The notes under the pieces are model-generated. The model ran no database searches, was not told the DNA's origin, and saw only the letters and a list, made by a program, of their open reading frames with translations. The translations under genes and the position numbers were made by a program. This document shows, piece after piece, positions 1-10,900 of a stretch of 64,000 bases of DNA (positions are counted from its first letter, which is position 1; each line of letters starts with the position of its first letter). The stretch covers positions 14,190-78,189 of the IMG/VR virus record IMGVR_UViG_3300010388_000318. One strand, given 5' to 3'. This stretch comes from a virus (lineage: Duplodnaviria > Heunggongvirae > Uroviricota > Caudoviricetes).

Positions 1-785
1 TTTACCAATAACAAGTTGCTTTGTTGCCTCTTCCCAATACAGAACTACGTTATACTCATCATCAATTGGACCTGTGTAACGCTGAAAGACAAAACCAATA
101 TCATTAAATGGAGTTTCTTGAGCATCATTAAGAACAATGAAAGTATTGTTTGATGTGGTAATTGCTGTATTGACACTGGTCAAAGAACCATTGACATAAA
201 GATTATTTAAAACAGTTACGTTTGTGAAGATACCATTACTTGCAACGGATGTACCAATATCACTTGGAGATGCCCATGTACGACCTAGAAGATAAGTTGT
301 ATTGTTCGCAGAGTCAACTGACAACTGAGCTTCTTGCTTACCGAATGCATGTGTTGTGTTGTTAGAAAGTAAAGCAGCGCCAACTGATAGTTGAACTTCT
401 TGCTTGCCAAATGCATAGGTTGTGTTATTGGCAAGAGCAGCAGCGCCTACTGACAACTGAGCTTCTTGCTTACCGAATGCGAAGTTGGTATTGTTAGAAG
501 TTAATGCAAGTGATGATGATACTGAGTTAATCGCAAAGGTAGCAGCATTAACCGATAGCTGACCTTCCTGCTTACCAAATGCAAACAGTGAATTATTAGC
601 AGTATATGAAAAAATAGAATTTGTTGAATAAACAGCAGCATTAACAGAAAGTTGACCTTCCTGCTTGCCGTTCATGAATAGAGTATTGTTTCCAGTGAAT
701 GAAAATTGAACATTGGCTGGCTGTACTAGAATCCAAATGCTTCCATTTGAATAGTACAATTGTTTATCAGTGTCATAGATCATCG
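1..785 (-). CDS. Tail-fibre-like protein, N-terminal part only; the gene runs off the window start. It has about 5 tandem ~22-aa repeats (NNTxFAFGKQEGQLSVNAA).
   Basis: Open minus-strand frame from ATG (revcomp of 783-785, preceded by GAAGGAA Shine-Dalgarno) to window edge. Five ~66-nt tandem repeats visible at 290-700 on the plus strand (cttcttgcttaccgaatgc...). Missing from the ORF track because it has no stop inside the window. Confidence 0.5.
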
Positions 786-885
786 TTCCTTCATAGAGTG
801 AAGGATTGAGTGACGTTCTATCTACTGGAACACCCTGACCAATACTTGTAGATTTACCTGAGTTATATCTTAATCCACTCACTTA

Positions 886-1329
886 TTAATACTCCGGATA
901 TTGCTCACGCTGATTAATAATATAGGTAAAGTGCACTGTAGCGTGATTTGCTGTTGGGCTTCCTGTGTTGCTATCGCAAGCAATCTGTAATCTTTCACCT
1001 GTCAACAGAACTTGTCTATCAAAAGAAATAACTAGAAAATCATTAGTTGGAACAGGAGCAGAATTTAAAACTGGATATGTATGATTGTCTGTTCCAATGA
1101 TACGTGCAGAAACTGTGATATCAGAAACGTGCTGATTTGTGATTGTGAGACCTGTCATGATGGCAGCAGTGTTGACAAAGCTTTCAGGAATAGGGCCATT
1201 GGCACGAATCTTCCAACGAGGAACCTCAAGAATGGTGAAATATTCATCACCCTGCAATTCCATTCGAGTAACCTCAAATAAATTTAGCGGTGGTTTCGCT
1301 GTTTCAATTACTGTATTACCTAAAGCCAA
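886..1329 (-). CDS. hypothetical virion structural protein (147 aa)
   Basis: Intact ORF co-oriented and tightly packed within the tail-fibre operon. Confidence 0.5.
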   Translation of the reverse strand: MALGNTVIETAKPPLNLFEVTRMELQGDEYFTILEVPRWKIRANGPIPESFVNTAAIMTGLTITNQHVSDITVSARIIGTDNHTYPVLNSAPVPTNDFLVISFDRQVLLTGERLQIACDSNTGSPTANHATVHFTYIINQREQYPEY

Positions 1330-1330
1330 T

Positions 1331-3319
1331 TTAGCCTCCTATTCCGACGATTAATGGAAGAACAATATTCTGAACACCACGAGAGAAAGCTTGTCCTTCA
1401 ATAACGCTTCTTTCGAAATCTACTCTGATATCTTCACCTAGATATGTATCACCTTGTTCTGTGGAGAATGTAGCGAATACAACACCACCATCTGACTTGT
1501 ATATAGCAGTCTTAGGATCAGGAGCTTCTGAAGTACCACGTTGTGTATATGGTAGTGAATTATAGTTGACACCAGAGCCAGCATATGAGAACTGTTCACC
1601 TGATGCTTCAATACGTGAACGGAATGTTGTAATATATGGAGTGATGTTTGCAACAGCAGTTGAAATCAAATTAATGAGTTCGCCTACCATAGCTGTAGCA
1701 GGAGCTTCCGCACCAGCATATCCAGAGGCTCTTGATACGATTTCTTGACGAAGTTCTTCCCAACAATCAATATAAACTTGCTTATACGCAGGGTCAGCAA
1801 TAAACTCTACTTGACCTGTGGCTGAATTTGATGTATGCAAGCCATATGTAAAGAAGATTGATCCCTTGTCTTGTCCGCTCTTTAGATCATCCACCAACTC
1901 ATTAATGAGAGTGTATGTGTCACGGCTAGTAAGGTTTGCCAACTCAGGAGTATTTATATAAGTATTATAGTTGTTGACAGTTGGGTATCTTGTTGTCATC
2001 AAACTTGTTACAATACTGTCAATGTCGTTATTAACATAGTTAGCAAAGACAGGTGCAGTTGTTATGTTGCTTGGATTTAAAACGCCATCAATTTTAACTG
2101 CGTAACGGAAACTTGTAGATGCAAACGCATAGTCACCGAATGAGCAGTTTGAGTTCGTAATAGTTACCTGACCACCAAGATGGGTCCATACACCAACTCT
2201 TGACCAGTTAGTGAATACCGAAACCAACTGTAGAATAGAATCATTTACAATCGCATAGCCAACACCATTAGGGTTGATAGCAGTGAAAGAGTCAACAACG
2301 ATTGATCTTAGTGGACTATCTTCGTCAAGCACAGAACCATCAGCATAGATGTTACCTTGGCCCATAGGAACAAAAGGATTACCAGCATCACGATCAATTG
2401 GAGCAGTCATCTCACGATAGGTAAAATCGTGGATTGATGAACAGTCAGCTATGTATGGTGAACGTGTGATGTACTCGCCGGGATTGAATGCAAACGCATA
2501 TCCCTTCTTTGGTGGACCGTCAACAGCATCAGCATCCATCGTAGACCATACAGCCTTTTCGTGACGCAAACCAGAGAATGAGAAACCACGAACCTTGACA
2601 CCACTGTTAAGAAGGAACATGTTGTTCTCTTCCATGGTTGCTGGAAGTCTTAGCTTGGTGACACGAAGGTCATAGCCATAGAGTGCACAGTTTCTTGGAA
2701 TTACTGTTTCTGGCTGAACTTCATATTCGCCGGGGTGAACAATAACAATGCATGATTCGCCAGTGTTGGCAGCAGCAGTTAGAGCGGCACCGATTGTCGC
2801 TTTTGACTTATACAAGCTTGTGCCGCTGTGACTATCATCTCCGCCCATTGTAACGTAGAATGTACGCTCAATTGACTTGTTAGGCGTAATCTGTGATAGA
2901 AGTGCTTGAAGGATGCCAGTGTTTGACCATGATCCTGTACCAGAACCACCGACTTTCAAATAGAAGTCATTATTGAATACTACAGGGTCATTATAGACTA
3001 GAGCAAGTGATTCAGCATCATAAAGAAGATTGGCATTAAGAACACTGGTGTTAGCGGCAAAGAAATCTACCTGTCCAAGACCAGCAGCAGAAAGAACGTC
3101 AATAGCCGATTCAAGGCCATTAACTTTTGGAATATCTATGTTACCGATAACAATTTTACCAAGCTTGTCAACAGCAAACTTACTGAAACCTGAAATTTGC
3201 AGGTCAATAAGTCTTGAGTTGACAGCAGAGTTAATGTCTGCTACGTCCATTTTAATGGCGGTATATTGGAGACTGTTGTCATTCCAAGTATCCGTCATAT
3301 TATAAATTTTAGTTGACAC
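1331..3319 (-). CDS. putative tail fibre/tailspike protein (662 aa)
   Basis: Large Ser/Thr/Gly/Asn-rich ORF in the fibre operon; stop/start abut neighbouring genes. Confidence 0.5.
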   Translation of the reverse strand: MSTKIYNMTDTWNDNSLQYTAIKMDVADINSAVNSRLIDLQISGFSKFAVDKLGKIVIGNIDIPKVNGLESAIDVLSAAGLGQVDFFAANTSVLNANLLYDAESLALVYNDPVVFNNDFYLKVGGSGTGSWSNTGILQALLSQITPNKSIERTFYVTMGGDDSHSGTSLYKSKATIGAALTAAANTGESCIVIVHPGEYEVQPETVIPRNCALYGYDLRVTKLRLPATMEENNMFLLNSGVKVRGFSFSGLRHEKAVWSTMDADAVDGPPKKGYAFAFNPGEYITRSPYIADCSSIHDFTYREMTAPIDRDAGNPFVPMGQGNIYADGSVLDEDSPLRSIVVDSFTAINPNGVGYAIVNDSILQLVSVFTNWSRVGVWTHLGGQVTITNSNCSFGDYAFASTSFRYAVKIDGVLNPSNITTAPVFANYVNNDIDSIVTSLMTTRYPTVNNYNTYINTPELANLTSRDTYTLINELVDDLKSGQDKGSIFFTYGLHTSNSATGQVEFIADPAYKQVYIDCWEELRQEIVSRASGYAGAEAPATAMVGELINLISTAVANITPYITTFRSRIEASGEQFSYAGSGVNYNSLPYTQRGTSEAPDPKTAIYKSDGGVVFATFSTEQGDTYLGEDIRVDFERSVIEGQAFSRGVQNIVLPLIVGIGG

Positions 3320-3367
3320 TCGTACTTCCTCTTGTTCTTTTATCTTTATGTATTTATTAAACTTAGA

Positions 3368-3736
3368 TCAAGCATTTGGTGATTTTGGCCATACAATCTC
3401 ACTTGTATCAGTAAAATTTTGAGGGATATCTCTTAGTTGCTGCCTATATTCAGACCATGCTTTTTTGTCACCGGGCCAATCAGGCATTTGAGTGTAATCA
3501 GATTGTGAAAGAAGTTTGTTTCTTTTCTGCTTGACTGCATCCCATGATATGTTAATAGGTCTTTCTCTGAGAACAAGTTCACCATTTTCAATAACCAGCA
3601 TTTTATTTTCATTATTCATATGATAGAGAAACTGGTTAAACTGTTCTCCTGTTATTTCAATTGCATCATCAGGAATTTCAACACCAGCGTCACTATGATA
3701 AAAGCCTTCATTTTTAATACTAAAATATATTGCCAT
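3368..3736 (-). CDS. tail fibre assembly chaperone (Tfa-like)
   Basis: 122 aa. C-terminal DYTQMPDWPGDKKAWSEYRQQLRDIPQ resembles the conserved tail-fibre-assembly motif; sits immediately downstream of a fibre gene. Confidence 0.55.
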   Translation of the reverse strand: MAIYFSIKNEGFYHSDAGVEIPDDAIEITGEQFNQFLYHMNNENKMLVIENGELVLRERPINISWDAVKQKRNKLLSQSDYTQMPDWPGDKKAWSEYRQQLRDIPQNFTDTSEIVWPKSPNA

Positions 3737-3739
3737 AAA

Positions 3740-5152
3740 TTAAAAACCCATTGCAATCCACCAAGCAGTAGTATTTACGTTTTCAGTTGTCCAAGTTTGG
3801 AAGTATGATGGTGCGACAGCCACAACAGTAGTTGGGTTTTCACCAGCACCATTATTGTTATTTTTAACACCACCAGAAACGACAACAGATACATTTGTTG
3901 TAGAGAATGTCTGTGGGAAGAATACAGTAGCAGTACTGTCCTGTTGTGCTGGTAATGTACCCCATTGTAGAAGCATTCCGTTTGGAAGTCTTACCCAATT
4001 GCCTGTGCTGTCAGGAGTACTAAAGCTACCAACGCCTGTTCCACTTGTGAAGCTATCTGCGGTTAGGACTTCTTTGCCTTCAGCATAAATTTTACCAGTA
4101 GCTTCAATCACACCAGTATTCTTTAGACGAATAGCCGAAGTTCCAGTTTTATTCCCGCTGTATACGTTCACACCACTTGCAAAACGCATAGATGCATAAC
4201 CGTCATTCAAATCGACAATATCGCCATCATCAGAAAGAGTAATTCCTCCACCAGAAACATTTCCAGATGATACCGTTAGATTGCCTGTCAGTGAGACAGA
4301 TGGAGCAGTTAGAGCACCAGCAACAGCCATAGCACCCGACCATGACCATCTACCAGCACTATTGATATTAGCGAGACCCCATTCGGTTGATCCTAGATAA
4401 TCAGTTACCTGAAAATATGCAGAACCACCAACAAACCCTCTTAGTCGATATCCACCAGTTGTGCCAATATTAGGAGTGGTAGCATCTACATAACCTTGAG
4501 TACGTAACAATGAATTGCTAATGGTAAATACAGGATCACCAGTGATTGAATAAGAACTGGCTGAAACTGTAGTAAATGTGCCTGTGTTGGCTACATCATT
4601 ACCAATACGAGCAGGAGATGCCCATGTTCTTGACAATAGAGTAGCAGCATTTGCAGAAGGAAGAGTAGCAATATAAGCAGGATTGACAGCAACACCAGCA
4701 GCATCAACAGTGATACCATTACCAGCCTTGACTGATAGCACCCCAGCAGTTGTTACGTCACCATTTAGACCATTACCGCCCTGTACTCTTGTGACAGTAC
4801 CAAGACCAGCATCCGTCCAATAGAGACCAGTTGTACCGATAGCAAGAATTTGTCCAGTTGTACCAACCTTATTATTTGCAACAATCTTAATGTTTGGACC
4901 GAAGGTAAATGATGTAGTGTTTGCATAGATGCCATCACCAACTTGGAAAGAAGCTGATGAGTAAAATGTATTTGTGTTGAACCTACCATAAAGAGTAGAG
5001 TTGCGATTGCTAGTAGGCGTACCAGTAACACCGCTAGTGCTATTAGCAGTAAGAACTTCATTAGAGAAGGACTCTAATAGCTCATTAGTACGTGCAATCC
5101 ACGAACCGAATGTATCTATCTGAATGTCAACATTGGCGACTTGTCTAGCCAT
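3740..5152 (-). CDS. tail fibre protein (470 aa), Gly/Thr-rich distal-type
   Basis: Long runs of GTTG/TGTxG motifs typical of fibre shafts; followed by the chaperone gene. Confidence 0.6.
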   Translation of the reverse strand: MARQVANVDIQIDTFGSWIARTNELLESFSNEVLTANSTSGVTGTPTSNRNSTLYGRFNTNTFYSSASFQVGDGIYANTTSFTFGPNIKIVANNKVGTTGQILAIGTTGLYWTDAGLGTVTRVQGGNGLNGDVTTAGVLSVKAGNGITVDAAGVAVNPAYIATLPSANAATLLSRTWASPARIGNDVANTGTFTTVSASSYSITGDPVFTISNSLLRTQGYVDATTPNIGTTGGYRLRGFVGGSAYFQVTDYLGSTEWGLANINSAGRWSWSGAMAVAGALTAPSVSLTGNLTVSSGNVSGGGITLSDDGDIVDLNDGYASMRFASGVNVYSGNKTGTSAIRLKNTGVIEATGKIYAEGKEVLTADSFTSGTGVGSFSTPDSTGNWVRLPNGMLLQWGTLPAQQDSTATVFFPQTFSTTNVSVVVSGGVKNNNNGAGENPTTVVAVAPSYFQTWTTENVNTTAWWIAMGF

Positions 5153-5153
5153 A

Positions 5154-5339
5154 TTAGTTCCTGTTTAATACTTGGTTTAGTAAAAGTTTAATTTCGCTTA
5201 GTTCGCATTTAAGGCAATAGAGTTCTTTTTGTAGGTCTTTGGTTTTTCTTGTTTCTTCACGTCTTGCCAAAATCATTTTATAATAATTGTCATCAGTATT
5301 TATGATAGCGCCAGTGCCGTCATCTCTCATGAATGTCAT
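5154..5339 (-). CDS. small hypothetical protein (61 aa)
   Basis: ATGA start/stop overlap with the upstream gene (5336-5339) suggests translational coupling. Confidence 0.35.
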   Translation of the reverse strand: MTFMRDDGTGAIINTDDNYYKMILARREETRKTKDLQKELYCLKCELSEIKLLLNQVLNRN

Positions 5340-7969
5340 GCTGACACTCCTATAACTTGAATTTGATCGATTTTTGGAATGATATATGTTGAATCTGACA
5401 GGAATACAATCTTGACCTGCATGGAATCAAACTTGTCAACTTCAACAAGAGCATCGTTATAATATCTTGAAATATTATCGTTCAATGGATTGTTGAAAGC
5501 AATGTTTGGATACTTAACCTTAGCTACAGAGTAACCAGTGCCAGCAACATTATTACTTGTGATTGTTGAACCAAGAATAATTGAAGAAGCCTTAACTTCT
5601 TTTGCAACAGCGATAGTATAGTTCTCTGGTAGCAATGAACTGTAAATCTTGATAACATCATTGTTAGCAAGATATGCTGATGGATTAACACCAGATGCAA
5701 GTACTACTGTATTGGCATATTCTGTCTCGAACACGCCGGGGATATCAATTGCTTCTGAAGCCGCAGGTAGACCTAGTTCATACTCAATAAAATCATTAGG
5801 GTCTTCACTTGAGCTATACTTATTTGGGTCTGTCACATATTCAAGTGGTGTCCATGCCTTATCGTCAAATGGCTCTGGGTCTTGTGAGTTGTGAACCTTG
5901 ACGTATACCTTAATGTCTGTGTTAAGTGGACGATATGCTGTCATGTACATACGAATGTCTTCAGCAAATCTATCTTTAGCGAATACAATCTTGTTTGCAA
6001 TATGACGAGCAACAGCACTACCATTACCGCCAACTTCACTATCAAGTGAAACACCATTTGAGGTAACAATGTAGTTGTTTGAAATTGTATTCTTCATTGA
6101 ATATAGATCGATCTGACCGCTTTCAATTGAAGGAGATGTGTAGAAGTTTGTTGCTGTTGTGTTTAGTTCAAGACGAGCATTGATTTTAACAGACTTGTTA
6201 TTAACCAACAATGAGGTATTACTGTAAAGGTTGTTGTTCATAACTTCTAATGAACGAGAAAGAATGTGTGCGTCATACTTGTCAAGATTCTTCGCACGAA
6301 CATTATTAATTTCAACTCTTTCCTCACGGTTATTAGCAAAGTCAAACGATCCGCCAGACTTAGCAGCAGCAGAGAATTCAATATCGATCTTACCAGCCGC
6401 AGGTGTCTTGATATCACCCTTGACTTTAATTCTGTCAATTGATAGAGTATCAACAGAGACAATGTTTGCAGATGCATTTGAGTCAACACCAATAAGTGTG
6501 TTGTCAACATCAAAGAAAAGGGAATTGTTTGCAGTTGAATAGTTAAGGTAAAGCTTGTTAGCCAACTCATCCTTGTAGTATACTTTACCGACAACACTCT
6601 TGAAGAAGCTTGCACCAGTGTTTGAGAATGGCACAGAATTTATTGTTGTCATTAGTGTGCTGTTAGACACATTGCTGACGAAAACAACTTCTTTCTTTGT
6701 TCCATCGCCCAAGATTACGATTGGATCACCTTCAACAAATGTTGTGAAGTCGGTTCCAATACCATTGATAATATTTGAACCTCTTACAACTGAGATTAAA
6801 CCACTGTTGAATGCAGAGTTCTTATATACCCATTCGCCGCCAAGGAAGTTTCCTGTGCGACCTTCGATTGTAAAGAATTCATAGTTAGCATTAACAAAAG
6901 TTTTTGTGACAGTTGTTTCTGTATACTTGGCGCAATTGATCTTGAACTTAAGATCAGTGTCTGAGATTGCCTTGAACACGTCTGAATTGTTCTTAAGATA
7001 CATCTTACCGTCTTTGACGATATTGCTGCCGGGTGATGGGCTGTTTGTTCCTACGAGTTTGTCACCTGTCTTGTTTACCCAAAATTCGTATGATGGATCA
7101 TCGCATGAAATGACAATACCATAAAACTTACCTGTGGCAAGCTTAACTGGCTTATTGAAACCAAATGTTACAGGTGTTGAAGCATCAGCGAACGCATAGA
7201 TTTCATCATACTCTTTACGAGAAAGAGAAGAGGCATAGCACTTTGAAAGGATTGGCGCATCATTCTCAACATCACAAATTTGAATCGTCACGCCGGGTTT
7301 TGGATTGCCTGATACGTTCTTAGATGGGTTAGGCTTTACCTTGACAAACACTTCAACAGATGTTATTGATACTTGGCTTGACTTACCAACAACGTTTGGA
7401 TCAGCAAAGAATGTCTGAATTATATTATATTCAGGTGTGGTGAAGTAATTTGAAGACGATGTAGATGTTGACTTTTCAGTTTGAACAGGATTATTCTGTA
7501 GAGCAACTTGGCCAGAAACTGGTGTCTTCTTGAAGTAGATATCAAGTGCATCACGAACATATAGTGGAAGGCTGACATTTACGAGTGCACGAGAAGAAGA
7601 GTCGGAGTTTCTTACAGTAAGAACCTTTGGACCAGCAATCAGTGATGCAATCGCCGCCGCCTTCTCAACATCAGTTGTTGGGTTGATTGTTGGTGAGAAG
7701 TAGAATGTAAAGGTGATCAAACCATAGATGTTTGACAGAAGACCCTCGCCCAATAGACGACTATCTTGCTTACACTTATCAGTAACATCCACACCTTCAA
7801 GGTAAACCTTGTGAAGAGAACCGGGCTTCAAGCCATATACAGTTGCCTGAATTGCCTGTTCAGCAAGGATGTAATTAGAGTTGACCGACTGTGCAGGGAA
7901 CACATTAGGGATTCCTTCAACCCCTAATTTGTTTTGATAATACAGTGAGTTTAAAATATTGATATTCAT
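5336..7969 (-). CDS. large structural protein (877 aa), baseplate or fibre component
   Basis: Intact ORF in the structural operon; Ser/Thr/Asn-rich. Confidence 0.5.
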   Translation of the reverse strand: MNINILNSLYYQNKLGVEGIPNVFPAQSVNSNYILAEQAIQATVYGLKPGSLHKVYLEGVDVTDKCKQDSRLLGEGLLSNIYGLITFTFYFSPTINPTTDVEKAAAIASLIAGPKVLTVRNSDSSSRALVNVSLPLYVRDALDIYFKKTPVSGQVALQNNPVQTEKSTSTSSSNYFTTPEYNIIQTFFADPNVVGKSSQVSITSVEVFVKVKPNPSKNVSGNPKPGVTIQICDVENDAPILSKCYASSLSRKEYDEIYAFADASTPVTFGFNKPVKLATGKFYGIVISCDDPSYEFWVNKTGDKLVGTNSPSPGSNIVKDGKMYLKNNSDVFKAISDTDLKFKINCAKYTETTVTKTFVNANYEFFTIEGRTGNFLGGEWVYKNSAFNSGLISVVRGSNIINGIGTDFTTFVEGDPIVILGDGTKKEVVFVSNVSNSTLMTTINSVPFSNTGASFFKSVVGKVYYKDELANKLYLNYSTANNSLFFDVDNTLIGVDSNASANIVSVDTLSIDRIKVKGDIKTPAAGKIDIEFSAAAKSGGSFDFANNREERVEINNVRAKNLDKYDAHILSRSLEVMNNNLYSNTSLLVNNKSVKINARLELNTTATNFYTSPSIESGQIDLYSMKNTISNNYIVTSNGVSLDSEVGGNGSAVARHIANKIVFAKDRFAEDIRMYMTAYRPLNTDIKVYVKVHNSQDPEPFDDKAWTPLEYVTDPNKYSSSEDPNDFIEYELGLPAASEAIDIPGVFETEYANTVVLASGVNPSAYLANNDVIKIYSSLLPENYTIAVAKEVKASSIILGSTITSNNVAGTGYSVAKVKYPNIAFNNPLNDNISRYYNDALVEVDKFDSMQVKIVFLSDSTYIIPKIDQIQVIGVSA

Positions 7970-7991
7970 TGCTCTAATTTAACCTTTTAAA

Positions 7992-10900
7992 TTAAACGGG
8001 AAGTACATAACCGTATCCATTGAAATTCCAATATGCTTGGATATAATTTATATATGGATCACGTGTAACTAGATTTACTTCAGTGTCTGTTGGATAGAAT
8101 AGTTTATATCCGAATGTGCCAGATTTACCCTGACCACCGAATAGACCACCATGTTTTCTACCCTTGTATACTCTTACTTTGTAGTACTGTCCCTTGCTTG
8201 GATCATGTGCAAACAGCAGTTTGAATTGATCTTCAAGGAAGCCACCAACAGGACCGTAGTTCTTTCTTTCTAGTGAACCTTGGTGCTCAATCTTTCTATT
8301 GCCATTTAGGCTTAGTTGACGATTGATTACGTCTGATGATGTAATTGCAGCCGCTACAGAAGATGACTTCACTGAAATCCATGGACCATCTGAAGTCTTG
8401 CTCTGGAAGAATTCAACCGCAATGTTGTTATCACGTGAGTTCATATAGAATTCAATTGGAGCGGGCAACGAAGAGAACGTATAGAAGAATTCTTCGTAAA
8501 CATAAGGCGGTTTATCACTTGTCGCACGATTACGTTCACTCTGTACAACATTTGTAATTACCTGCGTTACAGTTGGTGTAGGTGGAGTTACCACAACAGG
8601 ACCATCAGTAGCACGTGTTTGACCAGTAAACAAAATTTCATTATATGGAAGCTCTAACTGTGAGTCAGGTGATTCCGTAATGATGTTAATTTCTTCTAGT
8701 GGTGGTGACAAATATCCATCAACAATAGTTGCTCTATAAGAAGGATTTGAAACATCTGAGTATTTATAGTCTTCAAATCCATCAACAAAGAAACCAAACT
8801 TGAAGCGGTCAGTGCCGTCAAAGCTAGGGATTGTACGCTTCTGAGCAAGTGCTTCAGTTAGCGTAAATGATGTGTAGTATTCAAGGTCTTGAATTCTCTT
8901 TTCAAGCTTACCGATTTGCTCCATGGTATAACCACGTGGCTGAGTGACAAGTCTATCAGCTTCAGTGAGAGTAGTCTTGATTCTGTAGTTGTCAAGACGC
9001 TTCGACACATATTTTTCATTTGCAATCTTGGTATCGACAATAGCCACTGTCTGTGCTGATAGCTGATATGGCACTGATGGATAAGCAGGAACCTTCAACA
9101 AATTAATTGTCAATGCATTGTCTGGTTGTGAAGGCTCAATATTGAGACCCGCCTGACCCTTAATGATATGGAATTCATTTGTTTCGTCAATGATAACACG
9201 ATCAATACGACCCTGATAGTATTCGACAGTTGAAGTCAACTGTGAATCTGGTGCAGGGAATAGCTTGTTTGTTGTGTTAGCAAAGCGTAGACCAGCAGTA
9301 GGCTCAAGCGGGTTGATTGGTGCCAAACTTGCCGAAGCATTTGGTGTTGCTGTTGTGGTTGAATATGGACGGAAGTCAAACTGATCACGAAGATCGTAAT
9401 ATGTTCCTCTATTACCAAACACTTCAGGAATTTCAAGTGTATTGATTGTTGTAGTAGAATCCTGTAGTGAAACACTATCATCAATGAAGTATGTACCAGA
9501 ATTACCGCCAACCTTCGCACCTTCATTGCTTACTGAGAAGTAGTCAATAGAAGCAAGAAGAACATCATTGTTAGCAATCGCAATCGCAGCATTTGGCTTC
9601 TTGACAAGATATGAAATACCGTAGAAGTCTTCATTCTGATTGTGGTCAACAAAGAAGTGTTGTGTTACGTCTTCAGCGATTGCATCAGTTGGAACATAGG
9701 TTGTGTTAGCATTTGCTCTATAAACCTTATTCAAACGGAATACATCAGGAACGCCAAGTGCCCATGGACCAGTGTTACCGCTGATATTTGTATTAGCGTC
9801 TAGACGAACATACTTGTTTCTGTTAACAGTCTTTGCAACAGCCGCCGCCGCTGCTCTCACATTGTATGATACAGATGCCTGAGAAGCAACGTTTGTTGTC
9901 ATGTTCAATGTGACTGTCAATAGCTTATTTGTCGCATCGACAACCATTGTTCTATCAGAACGATCAAATGAGATTGGAACATTCTTAGGGAACATAAGTG
10001 CATATGAACTACCACCACTAGCACTAGCAGTAGCAGCATTTGAAGTCAAGAACAATTGTGTTGAGTTAGCAATATAGCTAACCTGTCCAATATAACCACC
10101 ACTGCTCAATGTAAGGAAGTCGCCAGCACGAAGTTCGTTAACAAAGTTAGCAGAACCAACACCATCTACCTGTGTAGATGTAGTCAGAGAAATGGCTGTA
10201 CCTGAAAGATCAGTAGCATTCTTGAAGGTATCAAGAGGGGTGATGATTATTTCCTTTTCCTGTACACTATTAAGTGTACCAGTGTATGGGAAGATATCGT
10301 CGCCAAGTGAAATGGTCATCTGACCAGTTGTCGCAATATTAAATGTGTTGACAGTACGGTAGATGTATGAAATATTGTTTGCCTTCTTCACGGCTGGGTT
10401 GCCAGCATAGAAGATTAGCGATGATAGATCATTGTCCTTAAGAACAGCATTACCATTTTCTAGAACAACGTCTGCAACACCCTTGTTCACACCATCATAG
10501 AAGATTGAACGAGTAGAAGCAAAGTTGCTACCAACAGATAGATTGATATCAAATAGGTATACTCTGTATACTGCGCCACCACTACCAATTACGCCAGAAT
10601 CATAAACGACTGAACGAATACGAGCAGTGCCAATAGCAGCACTTGGTGAAGTTGGTGTAAGACCAACACGGCCCTGAGTGAAGTACTGATATGGAACGCT
10701 GTGTAGCGACACAAGATCGCCGTAGTTAAATTGGAAATTACCAGAATATTCATTGACTGTGATGTAGTTACCATAGTTCAATGAGATGTTAGCAGGATTT
10801 GCTGAGAAGAAATCAGTGCCCTTGTCAACACCAATTTCATAGTTATTGATAGTTGAAACACGCTTACCATTGATGTAAGCCACACCGGGATCAATAAACA

